DNA from: Paraphysomonas bandaiensis
Lineage: Eukaryota > Protista > Chrysophyceae
NCBI GenBank assembly: GCA_965644295.1
Contig: CBFFRP010000405.1
Span: 1-64,000, forward strand
DNA: 64,000 nt
Direction of reading: 5' to 3'
Position 1 is the stretch's first letter; every line of letters begins with the position of its first letter. A program made the translations under genes and the position numbers. Positions 11,614 through 24,147 of this stretch are shown here, piece by piece. The notes beneath the pieces were generated by a model, which saw nothing but the letters and a program-made list of their open reading frames with translations, was not told the origin of the DNA and searched no databases.

Positions 11614-12079
11614 CCATGTGGCACTAAATAATTGTCACGAATAGCATACAATGCTTCGATTTGGCACCCGAAACTGTAAACTCGATGTACGTCGCTTGCC
11701 TATCAATCGATTTGGCAATGCAATAGCAATAGTGAGTAGCAAACGTATTTGATTTGTTATGATGTTCAGATAACAGTAAGTGAGGAAATTCATTCACAGC
11801 TATTCTTACTATAGTCTTGATTTTGTGTGGCGGTTCGCTTTAGTCTATTAGTGATCGCGAAAGCTGTTGATAAGCTCATGTGTTTAAAGATATGGATTCA
11901 TCTAACCATCTAGTATAGTTTAGCAGAAAACAATTATTATAGTATCGTTTCGTATAAGGCTGATGAGCGTCTACACTTTTTTTATCGATAGTTATAAAAT
12001 CTAAAATATTTTGACTTCGACTTCCTTCGACTTTAATGACCATCTTTGCCAGAACTTTTTGTGCCTGCGAGGCACGCAA

Positions 12080-12338
12080 GTCACTTGTGTAGATGCTTTG
12101 AGTCTTGACGATTAAACAGGCATATCCTGGAATTGGGCTGCCTGCTGAAGTCAAGCATCCGGGGTGTTCACCTTATGAACTATAATATCCTGAAGTCAGC
12201 TGTTGTCAGGTATATATCAACATTCTTCTTGCTCATTGTGTTTGCTTTGAGTGATAGAGCGAAAGTGGTTGCACCTTGATGCTTGCGGTGACGCACAAGA
12301 ATCTTTAATATAGTGTTAAATATTAGGATATCAGAGTT
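12080..12338. repeat. Dispersed repeat family, diverged copy A
   Basis: Shares gtcacttgtgtagatg, ttgggctgcctgctgaagtcaagcatccggg and aagtggttgcaccttg..gcttgcgg.gacgcacaag with the copy at 34282-34738; the first two blocks are also in 24582-24942. Confidence 0.85.
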
Positions 12339-13088
12339 AAGCATTAGTTAATTAAATTGCATTCTTAAAGGTGAATGTGTTGTGTGTTGTTCCTTTACTC
12401 TACTCAGCTATGGCATTGTATGCAGTGCAGTATGGTGCATATTTTCCAACTCTAGAACGAATGAATAACGAAGTCCTTGTGGTAGGTCGTACCCCTTGAA
12501 GCTACTGTCTACTGTGCAAGACTCAGACTTAAAACTATATCTGGCCATACTTACAACCTTGCCATCGGATATCCCGAGACAAATCTTCGACTTAGCGCAA
12601 TAATCTTGCCTTAATCAAGTAGTACGAATATGCCTCCAGGGATATATAGTTCTGTAGCTGCATCTCCTAGATTCACTCCATTGTAAACGGTTTCACTGAG
12701 ATTTATTTTGTAGAGGATCGAAGGCAGTATGTTTGCACGAAATATAATATAGTACAGGTGTTTGAGTGTCCAGATATATTGGATGAAATTATCCAATTGT
12801 GCGCAGCATACGCAGTAGCAGAATGGACGGCTTGTTGAGCAATAGTATAATATTGAGAAAAACAGCACTGAAATTACCCAAAATTCAACACAAATACTAC
12901 ACAAGCAAGCGTATTATCGTCATTTGGATTATATATAAAGACAATCTTCATGTAACATTGAGGAACTTACAAATCTCAAAATTCGGATTCTATAATCACC
13001 CTACGAGGAACTGCAAAATATAACCTTCATAACAAAATATACGTAAAAGTGACCACAGTCTATGGAAGATATATGATAATGAACGATA

Positions 13089-14882
13089 CTATGGCAATTG
13101 ATTCTCACTGACGCTATCTTTCCATAATTTTATCAGTGGTAGATGAGGCTTCGACATTTCTAATGCAACTCGCTCCTGCCCAAGTGCAATATGAAAGTTG
13201 CTCAAATGAATTAAGTGACATCTGTTCACAAATTACATAATACAAGTAAAAGAAAACAGATAATTACTCACTCCACCCTAGAATTCGTTCGTAGTGAAGT
13301 ACTTTTGCAGCGACACCTGTCAGTATCATTTAAGAACATTGTGCACAGCAATCAATATTAACCATACGTGGCACAGCCTCTATGCAAGTCGTGAAGCGGG
13401 CACGCGTCTGCGGAAAAAATGCTCTTCACCTTTGATTTAAATACTGTATACTGACTGTAGCATTCCCAAAATTTGTCCATACGTCTGAGAGCGTAGGCCC
13501 TAGACAAGCAAGCTGCCAGTATTCCCTGCACATCTCTATCTGACTTGACCTCAGCTGAACCAGGGATAAAAGATGCATAATTTCTTCTTGAAATCAATAA
13601 CTCGTGCATTCCGGAAGAAAAGTATCCATTGATTATACCTCTCTGGTAACTACGTTGCGCAGATACACTTGTGTTGGTGATAGGGCAGTAAAGCAATTCA
13701 TCGCGGTCCACAAACATGAACGATCGAACCAAGTGAGAGTACTTTAAGGACGCCATATTCGCAGTCATTTTTTTGTCATCATCTTGATTCAACATCTCCA
13801 ATAACTGTGTATATAAGTCGCTCGTGTTAAATAAAATACCATACAGGAAATACGGCTTACATCCATGCGCTCATGTGTCATATTTAACGCAGGCGGCTTG
13901 CGGCGCAGTGCTTTATCAACGAATGGCCAATACTTAAAGCCAGAATCCTGCATGATTATTTCGTGAGTTGGCGGTAAGAGGCAGAAAATTTTTACATTCG
14001 GTGGTGGCATCATACTTCTCTTGATCACTGTCGGAAATATTTGCTCGAAGGTGGTGTATGGATGGTAAACTACGTCTGATGAATTCTTGAAATCCTCTAT
14101 GAACTCGGCATGCAGCCCGAACCTATCGTATATTATCACAGCCCACCCTAGTGAAGTGTAGTATTTCGTAAACATGTACATCATTGGGCCGGATACATCG
14201 TTACGGAATGTTTGTACCGTCAATACAACATCCGCGCCTTTAAGGCGAGCGGTCTGTGTAGGTGAAATCATCAGGGGCATTCGATACGATATAACACTCG
14301 CTTGTAACGTCTTCGTAAGTTTGGGTCGAGACTGCTTCTCCAGCGGATATATCGTAACACGTAAACCTGTATCCTGTGAATCCAGTCGGGTGCAAGTATC
14401 GTCTCCAAGTTTCGATGGCATAAAACATTCAATAGCAAGTCCGAGAGTTCCCATTGGGTCCTGCCAGATGATCACATATGATGCAGATAATCTATGTATC
14501 CTACCTCTCGTATTTGAGTCTTCCACGAATGTTCACCAGAAAGTACCTTCCTATTACAGATGTACATGCATTGACCGAGACTAGAGGTCGACTCCTGGTC
14601 ATCATAACTAATCTCACCCCTTCCAAAGTTCTTAAAGTGAGACACTTCACTGCTGGAGGAGTTTATCAGTCCCACCATATGAATCACACAGCCTGGACTT
14701 CCACTTTTATCGATATTTTGAATGTATTCAGGAACATTCCATCGCGAGGGAGCACTCTGATTAACATGATAATGAGAACTGGCTACTAGCCGCAACACTG
14801 AACTCTTGGCTTCGAAGCTGTACACTGAACACAAGAAGAGGTGGAGCAGCAGTATCCCTCTTGACCACATCGACAGCGGCAT
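13089..14882 (-). CDS. Secreted/Golgi glycosyltransferase-like protein (GT92/DUF23-like); multi-exon
   Basis: Signal peptide MPLSMWSRGILLLHLFLCSVYS. Motifs VQTFRND..FTKYYTSLGWAVIIYDR and FMFVDRDELLYCP (DxDE). Probable final exon ends at the stop at 13089-13091. Confidence 0.55.
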
Positions 14883-14980
14883 GGTTATACAAATCTGTAT
14901 ATGGCTAGTACCAGTGCGATTATCAGCTACATGCACACGAGATGTCTTGCTTAATATCATGCCCTGCACTGCCTGCATAT

Positions 14981-15509
14981 TCGTGTACCAGTGTCCTGTG
15001 TACTCGTGTACCAGTGTCCTGTGTACTCGTGCACCAGTGTCCTGTGTACTCGTGTACCAGTGTCCTGTGTACTCGTGCACCAGTGTCCTGTGTACTCGTG
15101 TACCAGTGTCCTGTGTACTCGTGCACCAGTGTCCTGTGTACTCGTGTACCAGTGTCCTGTGTACTCGTGTACCAGTGTCCTGTGTACTCGTGCACCAGTG
15201 TCCTGTGTACTCGTGTACCAGTGTCCTGTGTACTCGTGCACCAGTGTCCTGTGTACTCGTGTACCAGTGTCCTGTGTACTCGTGCACCAGTGTCCTGTGT
15301 ACTCGTGTACCAGTGTCCTGTGTACTCGTGTACCAGTGTCCTGTGTACTCGTGTACCAGTGTCCTGTGTACTCGTGCACCAGTGTCCTGTGTACTCGTGT
15401 ACCAGTGTCCTGTGTACTCGTGCACCAGTGTCCTGTGTACTCGTGCACCAGTGTCCTGTGTACTCGTGTACCAGTGTCCTGTGTACTCGTGCACCAGTGT
15501 CCCCTGTAC
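14981..15509. repeat. 23-bp minisatellite, 23 units
   Basis: The unit tcgtgYaccagtgtcctgtgtac repeats head-to-tail with no spacers. Units differ only at one T/C position, except the last, which is degenerate. Confidence 0.98.
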
Positions 15510-15729
15510 TGGTGTCCCGACTTCGAAGTGTACTTTGATGTACTGTACTATAATTGTACAGGCTGTGCATAAGAAACGGGCTACACAGTTGGAAAAAACA
15601 CGGTCTGACTTTTAACGGTTGATTTTTGCACGAAAGAAATCAACGACTCTTTCTGTTTGCAGTGAGCTGCTGCACTGATACTTGAAACTATTCGTTGGTC
15701 TCATATCTGGATAGGTGCAATATAACAAT

Positions 15730-18608
15730 ATGGCTACAACATTAAGATCTGATGGAAGGTCATTAGTGACTCAGAAAGCTGCAATGAGAACACGAAGAAG
15801 TCGCTCCGTCACTGGTTCTTCAGTCGATGAAATTGTTGAGGAAAACACGAAAGATGCTGAGGGTCGTTCAATACGGAACCAGTACATAAAAGGAAAGTTT
15901 TTAGGGAAGGTAACACACTATAATGATTCATAGTCTTGGTCTGATGTGCGGTGTCTTCACGATTTCAATAAAGGGGGGATTTGCTCACTGCTATTTGGGG
16001 ACCCTGTTGCCTAACCGTGTTCAATATGCACTTAAAGTCGTCTCCAAAAGTACTTTGACTAAACCTCGTGCTAAACAAAAGGTTGAATTACTTTATTAAC
16101 AATAATATAAACTGAAGTGTTCCATAGCTAACATCTGAGATCAAAATTCATCGGCTCCTTAGACATTCTAACGTTGTGAAATTTGATCGGTACTTTGAAG
16201 ACCACCAAAATGCATACATACTTCTCGAGCTTTGCAAGAATAATGTAGGATATAAAATCTATACCTTACTTGTTTTTAAATTTTGTATAGTCGATGTCTG
16301 AGCTTATGAAACGAAGGAAGCGTTTGACTGAACCAGAAGTTCGTTACTACATTCTCCAGCTCATATCTGCACTATGCTACTTACACGAGGGTCAGATCAT
16401 TCATCGTGATCTGAAGCTTGGTAATATATTCCTGGACTCTAATATGCGAGTAAAGCTGGGAGACTTTGGGTTGGCCACAAAGCTTGCCCATCCAAACGAG
16501 AGGAAGCGAACTGTCTGCGGTACACCCAATTACATTGCACCTGAGATTCTACAGGGCAACCACGAGCACTCATTCGAGGTGGATATATGGTCAACAGGGA
16601 TCATTATTTACACACTACTTGTTGGAAAGCCGCCGTATGAGTCGACTGATGTTCAGTCAACGTACAAGAGAATCCTTGACAACTCATACAGTTTTCCAAG
16701 TCATTGCGAGGTCTCCGACCATGCCAAAGATCTAGTCCGCTCTATCCTGCAGGTTAGTTGCCATAAACTGAACTAAAATGTGTTATGAATATCTATCAAC
16801 AGACTCTACCAGAGCGCAGACCATCACTTCGGGCCATAGAAAATCACCCATTTTTTACAGCAGCCGATGCGTACACACCATTGGCCCTTTCCTCATCTGC
16901 AATGAGAGAGCCACCGGTGCTCACAAGGGATGTAAAGAGTGTATCAGGGAAATGTAGCAATGTTAGTGCTCCCGTTGCTGTAAATGATGAAAATGACCCG
17001 GCCGTGCTGAATCGTGGACGTGGTGTTAGTCGGGCGGAGAAACGATATGCAGGTCCGGTACACAGTGCCGCAGTATCTCCCCCAAGAAAGATTCACTCCA
17101 GCAGCGTTGGTATAGAAGATGATTCTGAGCAGCGTCCAACCCGGAGGGGAAGAGCTGCAAGCAGTTCCCGGGCTGCTATTTCGCGGCCACTTTCAAGTGG
17201 AGGGCGCAGTGAGAGTGCTTCCCGCGTTCGCAAGACTCATTGTAGTGGTTCTTCCGGCGGCAACACAAGCCACTGCGCATCCAATGGAGAAGTAAACCAA
17301 CAGGCTACAGCCACGCAGAGAGGAGTGGCAACGCAGCATGCTAATATTCAATCTATTCAACAAGCTGAGAGAAGAGGGTATGTCAGGCAGTTTGAGGTAT
17401 ATAACGACATCAAAGCTAAGGCCGACGGAGTGAATACAAAGGAAATCCGAAAGGAACGGAGGCACTCAGACAAAGTATTGGCACGGTCAATGAGTAAGGA
17501 AGGCGAAAAACTTGATGACGAGTACACACAAAAGATGGATGTTGATGCTGGAGTTAATCAAATTCAAATCAATCTAGCTCATTGTGGAATCAAAAATAAC
17601 GAGGACAAAAAACGTAGTGGCGATGATGACGGCGCTGATGCACAAGTAACGAAGGAAGCTTGGAAGGAAATTGATGATGTAAATGAGGATTATAATAAAC
17701 CGTCTGCATTTGTTACTCCAAAGTCAACTAGTTCACGCTCACGTCCAGACCCCGATACCTTGGAGTGTATGTACAAGAACCTGGAATCCAGTTTTGCTCA
17801 AGTAGATGAACACATCACTACCCACAGTACAGCTGACATAACCGATGGTCCAAGAGTGTGGGTAGTGCGCCACGTCGACTACACTGCCAAATATGGCCTA
17901 GGATTTTTACTGAATACTGGAAGTGCCGGTGTATATTTTAATGACAGCACTAAAATTATTCTTAGTCCAGACGATAACACCTTTCAGTATATTGAGAGAA
18001 AGCGAAGGAGCAGTTCATCAGGGACAACGGAACACACTGTTCGCACATACACACTACAAACGTATCCACCCGATTTAAATAAGAAAGTAACCCTGCTGAA
18101 GCACTTCAAGAACTACTTACTAGATCAAGCTCAGCAGACTGGCGATAGGGGAACAGAAGTCTTTACAGATTTCGGAAGAGGTGGAACACAGCAGCATATT
18201 TCAAGCACGAATTCAGATGTAAGTTCTGGTGATTTTCCTTATGTGAAGAAATGGGTACGAACTAGACATGCCATACTCTTCCGTCTTAGCAACCGAACGG
18301 CACAAGTAGTTTTCTTTGATAAAAGGTACACGATGATGATAATTTTTTATTTCAATTTAATGGCATTTTGTAGTGAATTAATTTTGTCTTCGGAGGCTCG
18401 TTGTATCACCTATGTCAACAAAGAGGGAGCTCGCAGCAATCACACCCTGGAGTCTATATTTACGTCAGGTACAAAATATGCGTGGTTACTTAGTAGTGCT
18501 AATTGAAAGTAACTAGGTCGGACTGATATCGAAAAACGTCTGAAGTATACTAAAGATATAATGGCTCGTCTAATTAACGTTCAACCTGCGAAAGAAGGTG
18601 TCATATAA
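15730..18608 (+). CDS. PLK1: Polo-like kinase (PLK1-like); multi-exon
   Basis: Kinase motifs: FLGK|GGFAHC, ALKVV, HRDLKLGN, DFGLA, TVCGTPNYIAPE. Polo boxes: WVVRHVDYTAKYGLG..GVYFNDSTK and YVKKWVRTRHAILFRLSN..QVVFFD. The final exon RLKYTKDIM ends at TAA 18606-18608. Confidence 0.95.
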
Positions 18609-18915
18609 AGAAGTTGCTTTTAAAAGAACTCAACAACCCAATTCAGCATAATATGTTAGACGTATATAAAGTGTGTTAGTACATAGTTAATTTTAGCTAA
18701 TATATAATAGTAAAGTGGTGTATTTTACAAGTTGTGATGTTGTAATGCTTGGTGTTGAAAGAACGGTACTACGTAGTCTAAATACTGTGTAGGGATATAT
18801 CTGTGAAACTGAATTATCGTGATAATTCAAGACACAAAAATTTTGGTAGCTATCAGAATGTCAAAATTATGTTGGTTATGAGCATTATGCGAAATGACAC
18901 TATAGTGTACGCAAA

Positions 18916-18968
18916 GATGCTTGACTTTAGTAGGCAGCCCAATATCCCGGATGCCATTATAAGGTGGG
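18916..18968. repeat. Dispersed repeat family, copy B left part (reverse orientation), split by the Copia insertion
   Basis: gatgcttgactttagtaggcagcccaata is the reverse complement of the family core. It continues at 24424-24490 after the TSD. Confidence 0.8.
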
Positions 18969-19434
18969 TGTTGGGAAATGCTCATTTTACTTAGATCAAA
19001 GAGAGATTAAGTTGTTAGACTAGATAGATTTATTAATATCGTTTACACGAATTGTGTTAAACAACACAAGCTCGTTTTGTGCCATGCATAAATCACTACT
19101 TCTGTAGACCTTTCGCTACTAAACATATCTTGAAAGAGCAAACTATTTCAGTTTTCTCAATATCATAACAGCATCTACACATCACCATACTTCACTGTAT
19201 TCTCGTACATTGTCTTCAAGTACCACATTGAATATACTAGGATACAGTCCATATTCTAATACTCCCACTCAATGTAGAATGCAGTGATACGAAACAACAA
19301 TGAGTACAGTGATCTTCATGCTATAAACTAGTCTCATAGGTAAAATAGATGTGAAATCTTATCAAGATACATATATAACTAGCAGTCAACTAGATATATA
19401 GTTATGTGGGATTCTCACCCACTAAAACACACCT

Positions 19435-22400
19435 TTAACCTCTTCGGGGTCGCTTCTTCTGCTGCTCCTCAACTCTGGTTGACACACTTCTCTTAACCCC
19501 GGTAATAGTTTTCTCATGACGACTGAAAAGTTTCGTTGACAATGCCTTCGTGAAAATATCAGCCGCCATATCATCCGTCGACACATGAATCAACTTTGCC
19601 GTAGGAAATTTTCCATTTACATGCTCTCTCACCCAGTGATACTTGATGTCTATATGCTTCGACCTCTTATGATACACAGGATTCTCGGAGAGATCTTTCG
19701 CACTCTTGCTATCCATAAAGAATGGAGTCGGCTTCGCAACTAAGAGCCCGAGCTCCTTGAACACCCCCCGAAGCCACACCAGTTCTTGCATAGCCGCATA
19801 CTCCGCCATATATTCAGATTCCATGCTCGAAGTTGCAACTGTGGTCTGTAGTTTAGACTGCCAGGCCAATGCGCCTGCACATAAGAACACAATGTATCCT
19901 GTTGTCGATCGCCGAGTCAGTCTATCACCAGCCCAATCTGAATCACTGAACACATGTAAGTCGAACTCACTCCCACTGAATCTGATGCCCTCATCAATTG
20001 TTCCACGCAAATATTTCAATAAGTGAATCGCCAGTTTGCACGATGCATATGTCGGACAACTACTAAATCGAGACAATAACCCCACTGCATAAGCCACATC
20101 AGGTCTAGTATGCATTGCTAGATACAACACTGCTCCAATAATTTGCCGATACGGAAATGAGTCAACCCACTGCTTCTGCTCCTCCGTAAGTTCACGTTCC
20201 TCTGCCAACAGATCCTGAACATTAGTAGGTAGTGGGGCCTCCTTATTCTTACTACTCTTTCCCATAACTGAGCTGAATTTCTTGATAATATTCTTAGCAT
20301 ACTCAGATTGATCTAACATATACCAATTTTCTCCTCTGGTTATCCTGATGTTCAGAAATCGCTTACACACTCCCAGATCATGCATCTCGAATGTTTCACA
20401 GAACCTACGCTTTACGCTTTCCAAGTAAGTCAGATCAGCGGATGCAATTATGATATCATCAACATATATCAATAATAAATGCAGTTTTCCGTTACTCCAT
20501 CGCATATACAAACACGTATCCAAAATACACGGAGTAAAATGCAATGATTTAATAAACTTGTCAATATGTTTATTCCACTGTCGCGGTGAAGATCGCAGTC
20601 CATACAATGCCTTGATTAGTTGAAAACACCATCCAGCTAGTAATTCCTCATCTGGTGGAGGTGCCATATACACGTCATCCTCCAGATCTGCATAGCAAAA
20701 TGCGGATGATACATCTAATTGATGCACATGCATCTGTAACATAAACGCAATCGCTAACACTAGTCTAATGGTTATACCCTTAACCACTGGAGCGAAAGTG
20801 GACGGCTCCTCCTCCTTCTTCTCTTGGAGATTTCCTAATGCCACTAGCCGAGCCTTGTACTTTACTATATTCCCTAGTATGTCTCGCTTCACCGTATGCA
20901 CATATTTCGCTCTAACTAATTTCACTCCGCTTGGAATTTTCACGATCTTCAAGACACGTCTTTTCAGCAATGATGTCTTCTCCACCATTCGAGCTTTTCT
21001 CCATTGTTGATACTGTGGAGATCTCTCTGCCTCGGCATATGAATTTGGTATCTTGATATCTTCTGTCTCTGCATGGTTAAGATCAATATTATGCGCATCC
21101 GGTACTTCAACCATATTAATCTCTCCTAAAACTGACGCGTTTGCCAGTCTCCGCTGCAGCCGTTTGCGTCGGACCCGACCATCACCATCTAGTTCAATCG
21201 GTCGACGAGGTATATAAGAACCCGTACCTTGCTCATCCTGAGCACGCACATCGTGCGTTGTGGGAGGAGCCCCGCTCACAACCCCAGACTCATAGTCTTC
21301 AGAGGTCTGCAACCTCACAGCTGTCTCCTGACAGGTTGGGTCAGGACTCTCCTGTAACCCTCCAGGTCTTCCCTGGTCCAGCACCCTGGCTGGCATAGTA
21401 CTCAGGGCGTCCCCCTTTCCTATATATCCGGTATTCCCGGGAGTTTCTGCAGTCATTCGCACTACGTCCTCGACGTGAATCGGCACCCGGTGCTCGATAT
21501 GCTTCCGACCTGCAGTTACCAGAGATCGATAGGCTACTATTACCCCCTTTCGTTCTACTACTCTCGTGGTCTTGTAGAGAAGACCATCCTCATCATCAAT
21601 ATGATATGTACCTTCTAAGCCCGCATAGTCAGACACAATTTTCGGTCTCTCGGCCTCCTTCACTCGAAGAGCATCTATCTCAGCGAAATAGCTCTCCGAG
21701 CGTGACGGTATGGACTCATCAGTTAATACATGTACCGACGTGACGACCCTATCAGTCGCAGGTAGATATACATCATATCCTACCTTTTCATCTGAATATC
21801 CTATCAGATATCCGATAAGGGCCTTGTCGTCCCAGTCTTTCCGTCGATCCGCCTTTGTAGTGAGGACATACGCACGACACCCCCATACTCTGAGATATTT
21901 CAGGTTGGGAGCCTCACCAGTCAAAAATTCAAGAGGGGACATATACCCCTTCGCTGTCTTTGTAGGCAATCGAATTAATATGTACCTGGCTGCCATGTAG
22001 GCATCTAGCCAAAACTGTGAAGGCAATCCTGACTGAATCAGCATCGCTAATGTCATCTCACCACAGGTCCTGAATTTCCGCTCCTCAATCGCGTTCATCT
22101 CAGGAGAGTCCGTAGAGCTCCACGTATGTTGATAGCAACCCTGTGACCTAAGATATTGTCGCAGCTCATCACATATTAGCTCCCCTGCTCCATCTGCATG
22201 GTAATGATGCATTTCTAATTTGTACCTTTTCACATCTCCTTCAAAAATCTTCTTGAAAACCTGCAGTACCGATGACCCAGTCCTATGAACAAGCCCTTCC
22301 GACCAGAACATCCGACTGGCATGGTGTGTTAGTTTGAGCACATATATTTCCCCTCCTCGAGCTGGACAATTTAAGTATACTGCTATATCGGCCGAGAAAT

Positions 22401-24147
22401 TTGGACGAACGGAGTCCTCATCCTTTGTCCGAAAACTTACTCTGGTGATCTTCGCCCTGGCGCATACATCACATAGACACTGTTCTTTGGAAACACGTTT
22501 CGAGAGATGTTTTCGTTTCAGTCCAGTCCCAATAATTAGCATTCTTTTGTGGGCTTCTACCAACGCATGCTTGTTAAAATGACCCGCTCTCCTATGTAAC
22601 AGCTCCAGTTCATCCTCACCCGTACGGTCACTGAGATTTACTTCTGAATCACTGGATGTCGATACGTCTGGAAGCTCCAATAACTGCTGTGTTGGCACAG
22701 CAGTCATTCCATTCTTCATAGGTCCCTCCAACACCAGCTCATCCGTATTTCTGTCATATATCTGTATACCATACCATACAGTAAATCGATATCCCATATC
22801 GTTCAACTTCCGTCCAGAACAAAGACACCGATTTATCTGACTTGATACCTCAATGTTCTTCCATGCTCCACGGGAACCTACACTCGTGACGCATATCTCT
22901 GACCCTTTTTTCGAACCATTAATAACCTTTGATGTGTGCATATGACTATCAAGTATATTCACATCATTTATCAAAAACATTGATGACGAACAACAGGTAT
23001 CAATGTATGTATAGTGAATATCCTCATGCACACTACTGCATATATTCGTCTCATACACATTACATGACAAGTGATACTCTTCCTGTTGCTCGATCATATT
23101 TGCTTCGTCTTCGTCAGACAAATCCGCTGGCTCTCCACGCCTGATGTTTTCAACTGTAAGTAGTCTTTTGTCTGGTTTCCTTCCATCTTGAAACCTCACA
23201 GCCTTGCTCTTGCTTTGCGAGTACTTCTTTTTCGATGCTGGACAATCGATGGCAAGATGTTCCTTTGACTTACAATTTCTGCACCCAGTATATTCGGCAC
23301 TTCCAGGTCGCTGCCCTGTAATCTCTGTATCCTTCTTCATCGGCTTCTTCTTACCGTTGTTCTTCTTACGATGATCCCTCTCTCTGCGATATCGTTTCTT
23401 ACTGTCTATCAGGTTCAGCTCCTCCACTCTTTTACGCTTCTTCTCCAACGCTTCCTTCCCAGCCATAGTATCATCATAGCCTTCTATCTTACGTGATACA
23501 GTTACATAATTAACATCATCATCCATCAAGTATAATCCAACTCTCAGTTGAGCATACTCTTCATTGAGCAAGCCTTCTCGTAGTCGACTTGTTTTTGATA
23601 CCTCCGAGATATCCTGCTGCTGCTCCTGTAGTTCCTTCAGCAGTAGTTCGAACCGTAGTACGTAGTCCTTCGCCGTCTCCTCCGGACGCATACGGAAAGA
23701 ACCATATTGAGTTAAGAGGTCACTGATCCTATTTTGCTTCCCTCCAGCAAAACACTTCTTCAACTCATCAATCATTACATGTGTTTTGAACCTGTTTACA
23801 CCACTCCCTTCTGCCTTGAACGCTTTGTGGGTAAGATGGAATTTACGCAGCGCTTTCGGGGAATGCTGCACCGCATCCCTGCAGTAAGAATAAGCTATGG
23901 CGTTCGCCTTCCAATACCTCTTCACAGCCTGTCTGTACGCCTTCTCCTCCATCAACGTAAGTGGCTGCTCCCCGAAGTCGCTCTCCTTAGGTGGCAGTTC
24001 CACCGCTACCTCGCTTTGTTCCTTCCTCATAAGGAATGTCTCGAAGTCCTCAATCCATTGTTCAACGTTAGTCTCGTTGAACTGAGGAACTACTCCTCTA
24101 TCCTCCTTCTCTCCTCCTCGCTCGCTACCATGTTGGGAAATGCTCAT
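19435..24147 (-). CDS. Copia gag-pol polyprotein, 1570 aa (Gag-CCHC, PR, IN, RT, RNase H)
   Basis: Zinc knuckle CRNCKSKEHLAIDC. Protease YIDTCCS. Integrase HRRAGH..CDVC, HADGAGE, EMNAIEERKFRT. RT YKARLVA, QLDVSSAF, KALYGL, YVDD. RNase H FSDSDWAG, KRSKHID, ADIFTK. Integrase precedes RT, which is the Copia order. Confidence 0.98.
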   Translation of the reverse strand: MSISQHGSERGGEKEDRGVVPQFNETNVEQWIEDFETFLMRKEQSEVAVELPPKESDFGEQPLTLMEEKAYRQAVKRYWKANAIAYSYCRDAVQHSPKALRKFHLTHKAFKAEGSGVNRFKTHVMIDELKKCFAGGKQNRISDLLTQYGSFRMRPEETAKDYVLRFELLLKELQEQQQDISEVSKTSRLREGLLNEEYAQLRVGLYLMDDDVNYVTVSRKIEGYDDTMAGKEALEKKRKRVEELNLIDSKKRYRRERDHRKKNNGKKKPMKKDTEITGQRPGSAEYTGCRNCKSKEHLAIDCPASKKKYSQSKSKAVRFQDGRKPDKRLLTVENIRRGEPADLSDEDEANMIEQQEEYHLSCNVYETNICSSVHEDIHYTYIDTCCSSSMFLINDVNILDSHMHTSKVINGSKKGSEICVTSVGSRGAWKNIEVSSQINRCLCSGRKLNDMGYRFTVWYGIQIYDRNTDELVLEGPMKNGMTAVPTQQLLELPDVSTSSDSEVNLSDRTGEDELELLHRRAGHFNKHALVEAHKRMLIIGTGLKRKHLSKRVSKEQCLCDVCARAKITRVSFRTKDEDSVRPNFSADIAVYLNCPARGGEIYVLKLTHHASRMFWSEGLVHRTGSSVLQVFKKIFEGDVKRYKLEMHHYHADGAGELICDELRQYLRSQGCYQHTWSSTDSPEMNAIEERKFRTCGEMTLAMLIQSGLPSQFWLDAYMAARYILIRLPTKTAKGYMSPLEFLTGEAPNLKYLRVWGCRAYVLTTKADRRKDWDDKALIGYLIGYSDEKVGYDVYLPATDRVVTSVHVLTDESIPSRSESYFAEIDALRVKEAERPKIVSDYAGLEGTYHIDDEDGLLYKTTRVVERKGVIVAYRSLVTAGRKHIEHRVPIHVEDVVRMTAETPGNTGYIGKGDALSTMPARVLDQGRPGGLQESPDPTCQETAVRLQTSEDYESGVVSGAPPTTHDVRAQDEQGTGSYIPRRPIELDGDGRVRRKRLQRRLANASVLGEINMVEVPDAHNIDLNHAETEDIKIPNSYAEAERSPQYQQWRKARMVEKTSLLKRRVLKIVKIPSGVKLVRAKYVHTVKRDILGNIVKYKARLVALGNLQEKKEEEPSTFAPVVKGITIRLVLAIAFMLQMHVHQLDVSSAFCYADLEDDVYMAPPPDEELLAGWCFQLIKALYGLRSSPRQWNKHIDKFIKSLHFTPCILDTCLYMRWSNGKLHLLLIYVDDIIIASADLTYLESVKRRFCETFEMHDLGVCKRFLNIRITRGENWYMLDQSEYAKNIIKKFSSVMGKSSKNKEAPLPTNVQDLLAEERELTEEQKQWVDSFPYRQIIGAVLYLAMHTRPDVAYAVGLLSRFSSCPTYASCKLAIHLLKYLRGTIDEGIRFSGSEFDLHVFSDSDWAGDRLTRRSTTGYIVFLCAGALAWQSKLQTTVATSSMESEYMAEYAAMQELVWLRGVFKELGLLVAKPTPFFMDSKSAKDLSENPVYHKRSKHIDIKYHWVREHVNGKFPTAKLIHVSTDDMAADIFTKALSTKLFSRHEKTITGVKRSVSTRVEEQQKKRPRRG
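24120..24130 (-). promoter_or_regulatory. Primer binding site, probably for initiator tRNA-Met
   Basis: The minus strand reads TGGTAGCGAGC, complementary to a tRNA 3' end GCUCGCUACCA. U72 implies the A1-U72 pair typical of eukaryotic initiator tRNA. The same PBS occurs at 61551-61561. Confidence 0.75.

Noticed and set aside
14981-15509. CRISPR-like array or repeat-protein ORFs (14472..15494, 14806..15615 and others)
   Set aside because: The units are contiguous with no spacers, there are no cas genes, and the context is eukaryotic. ORFs appear in all six frames only because the unit has no stop codon.
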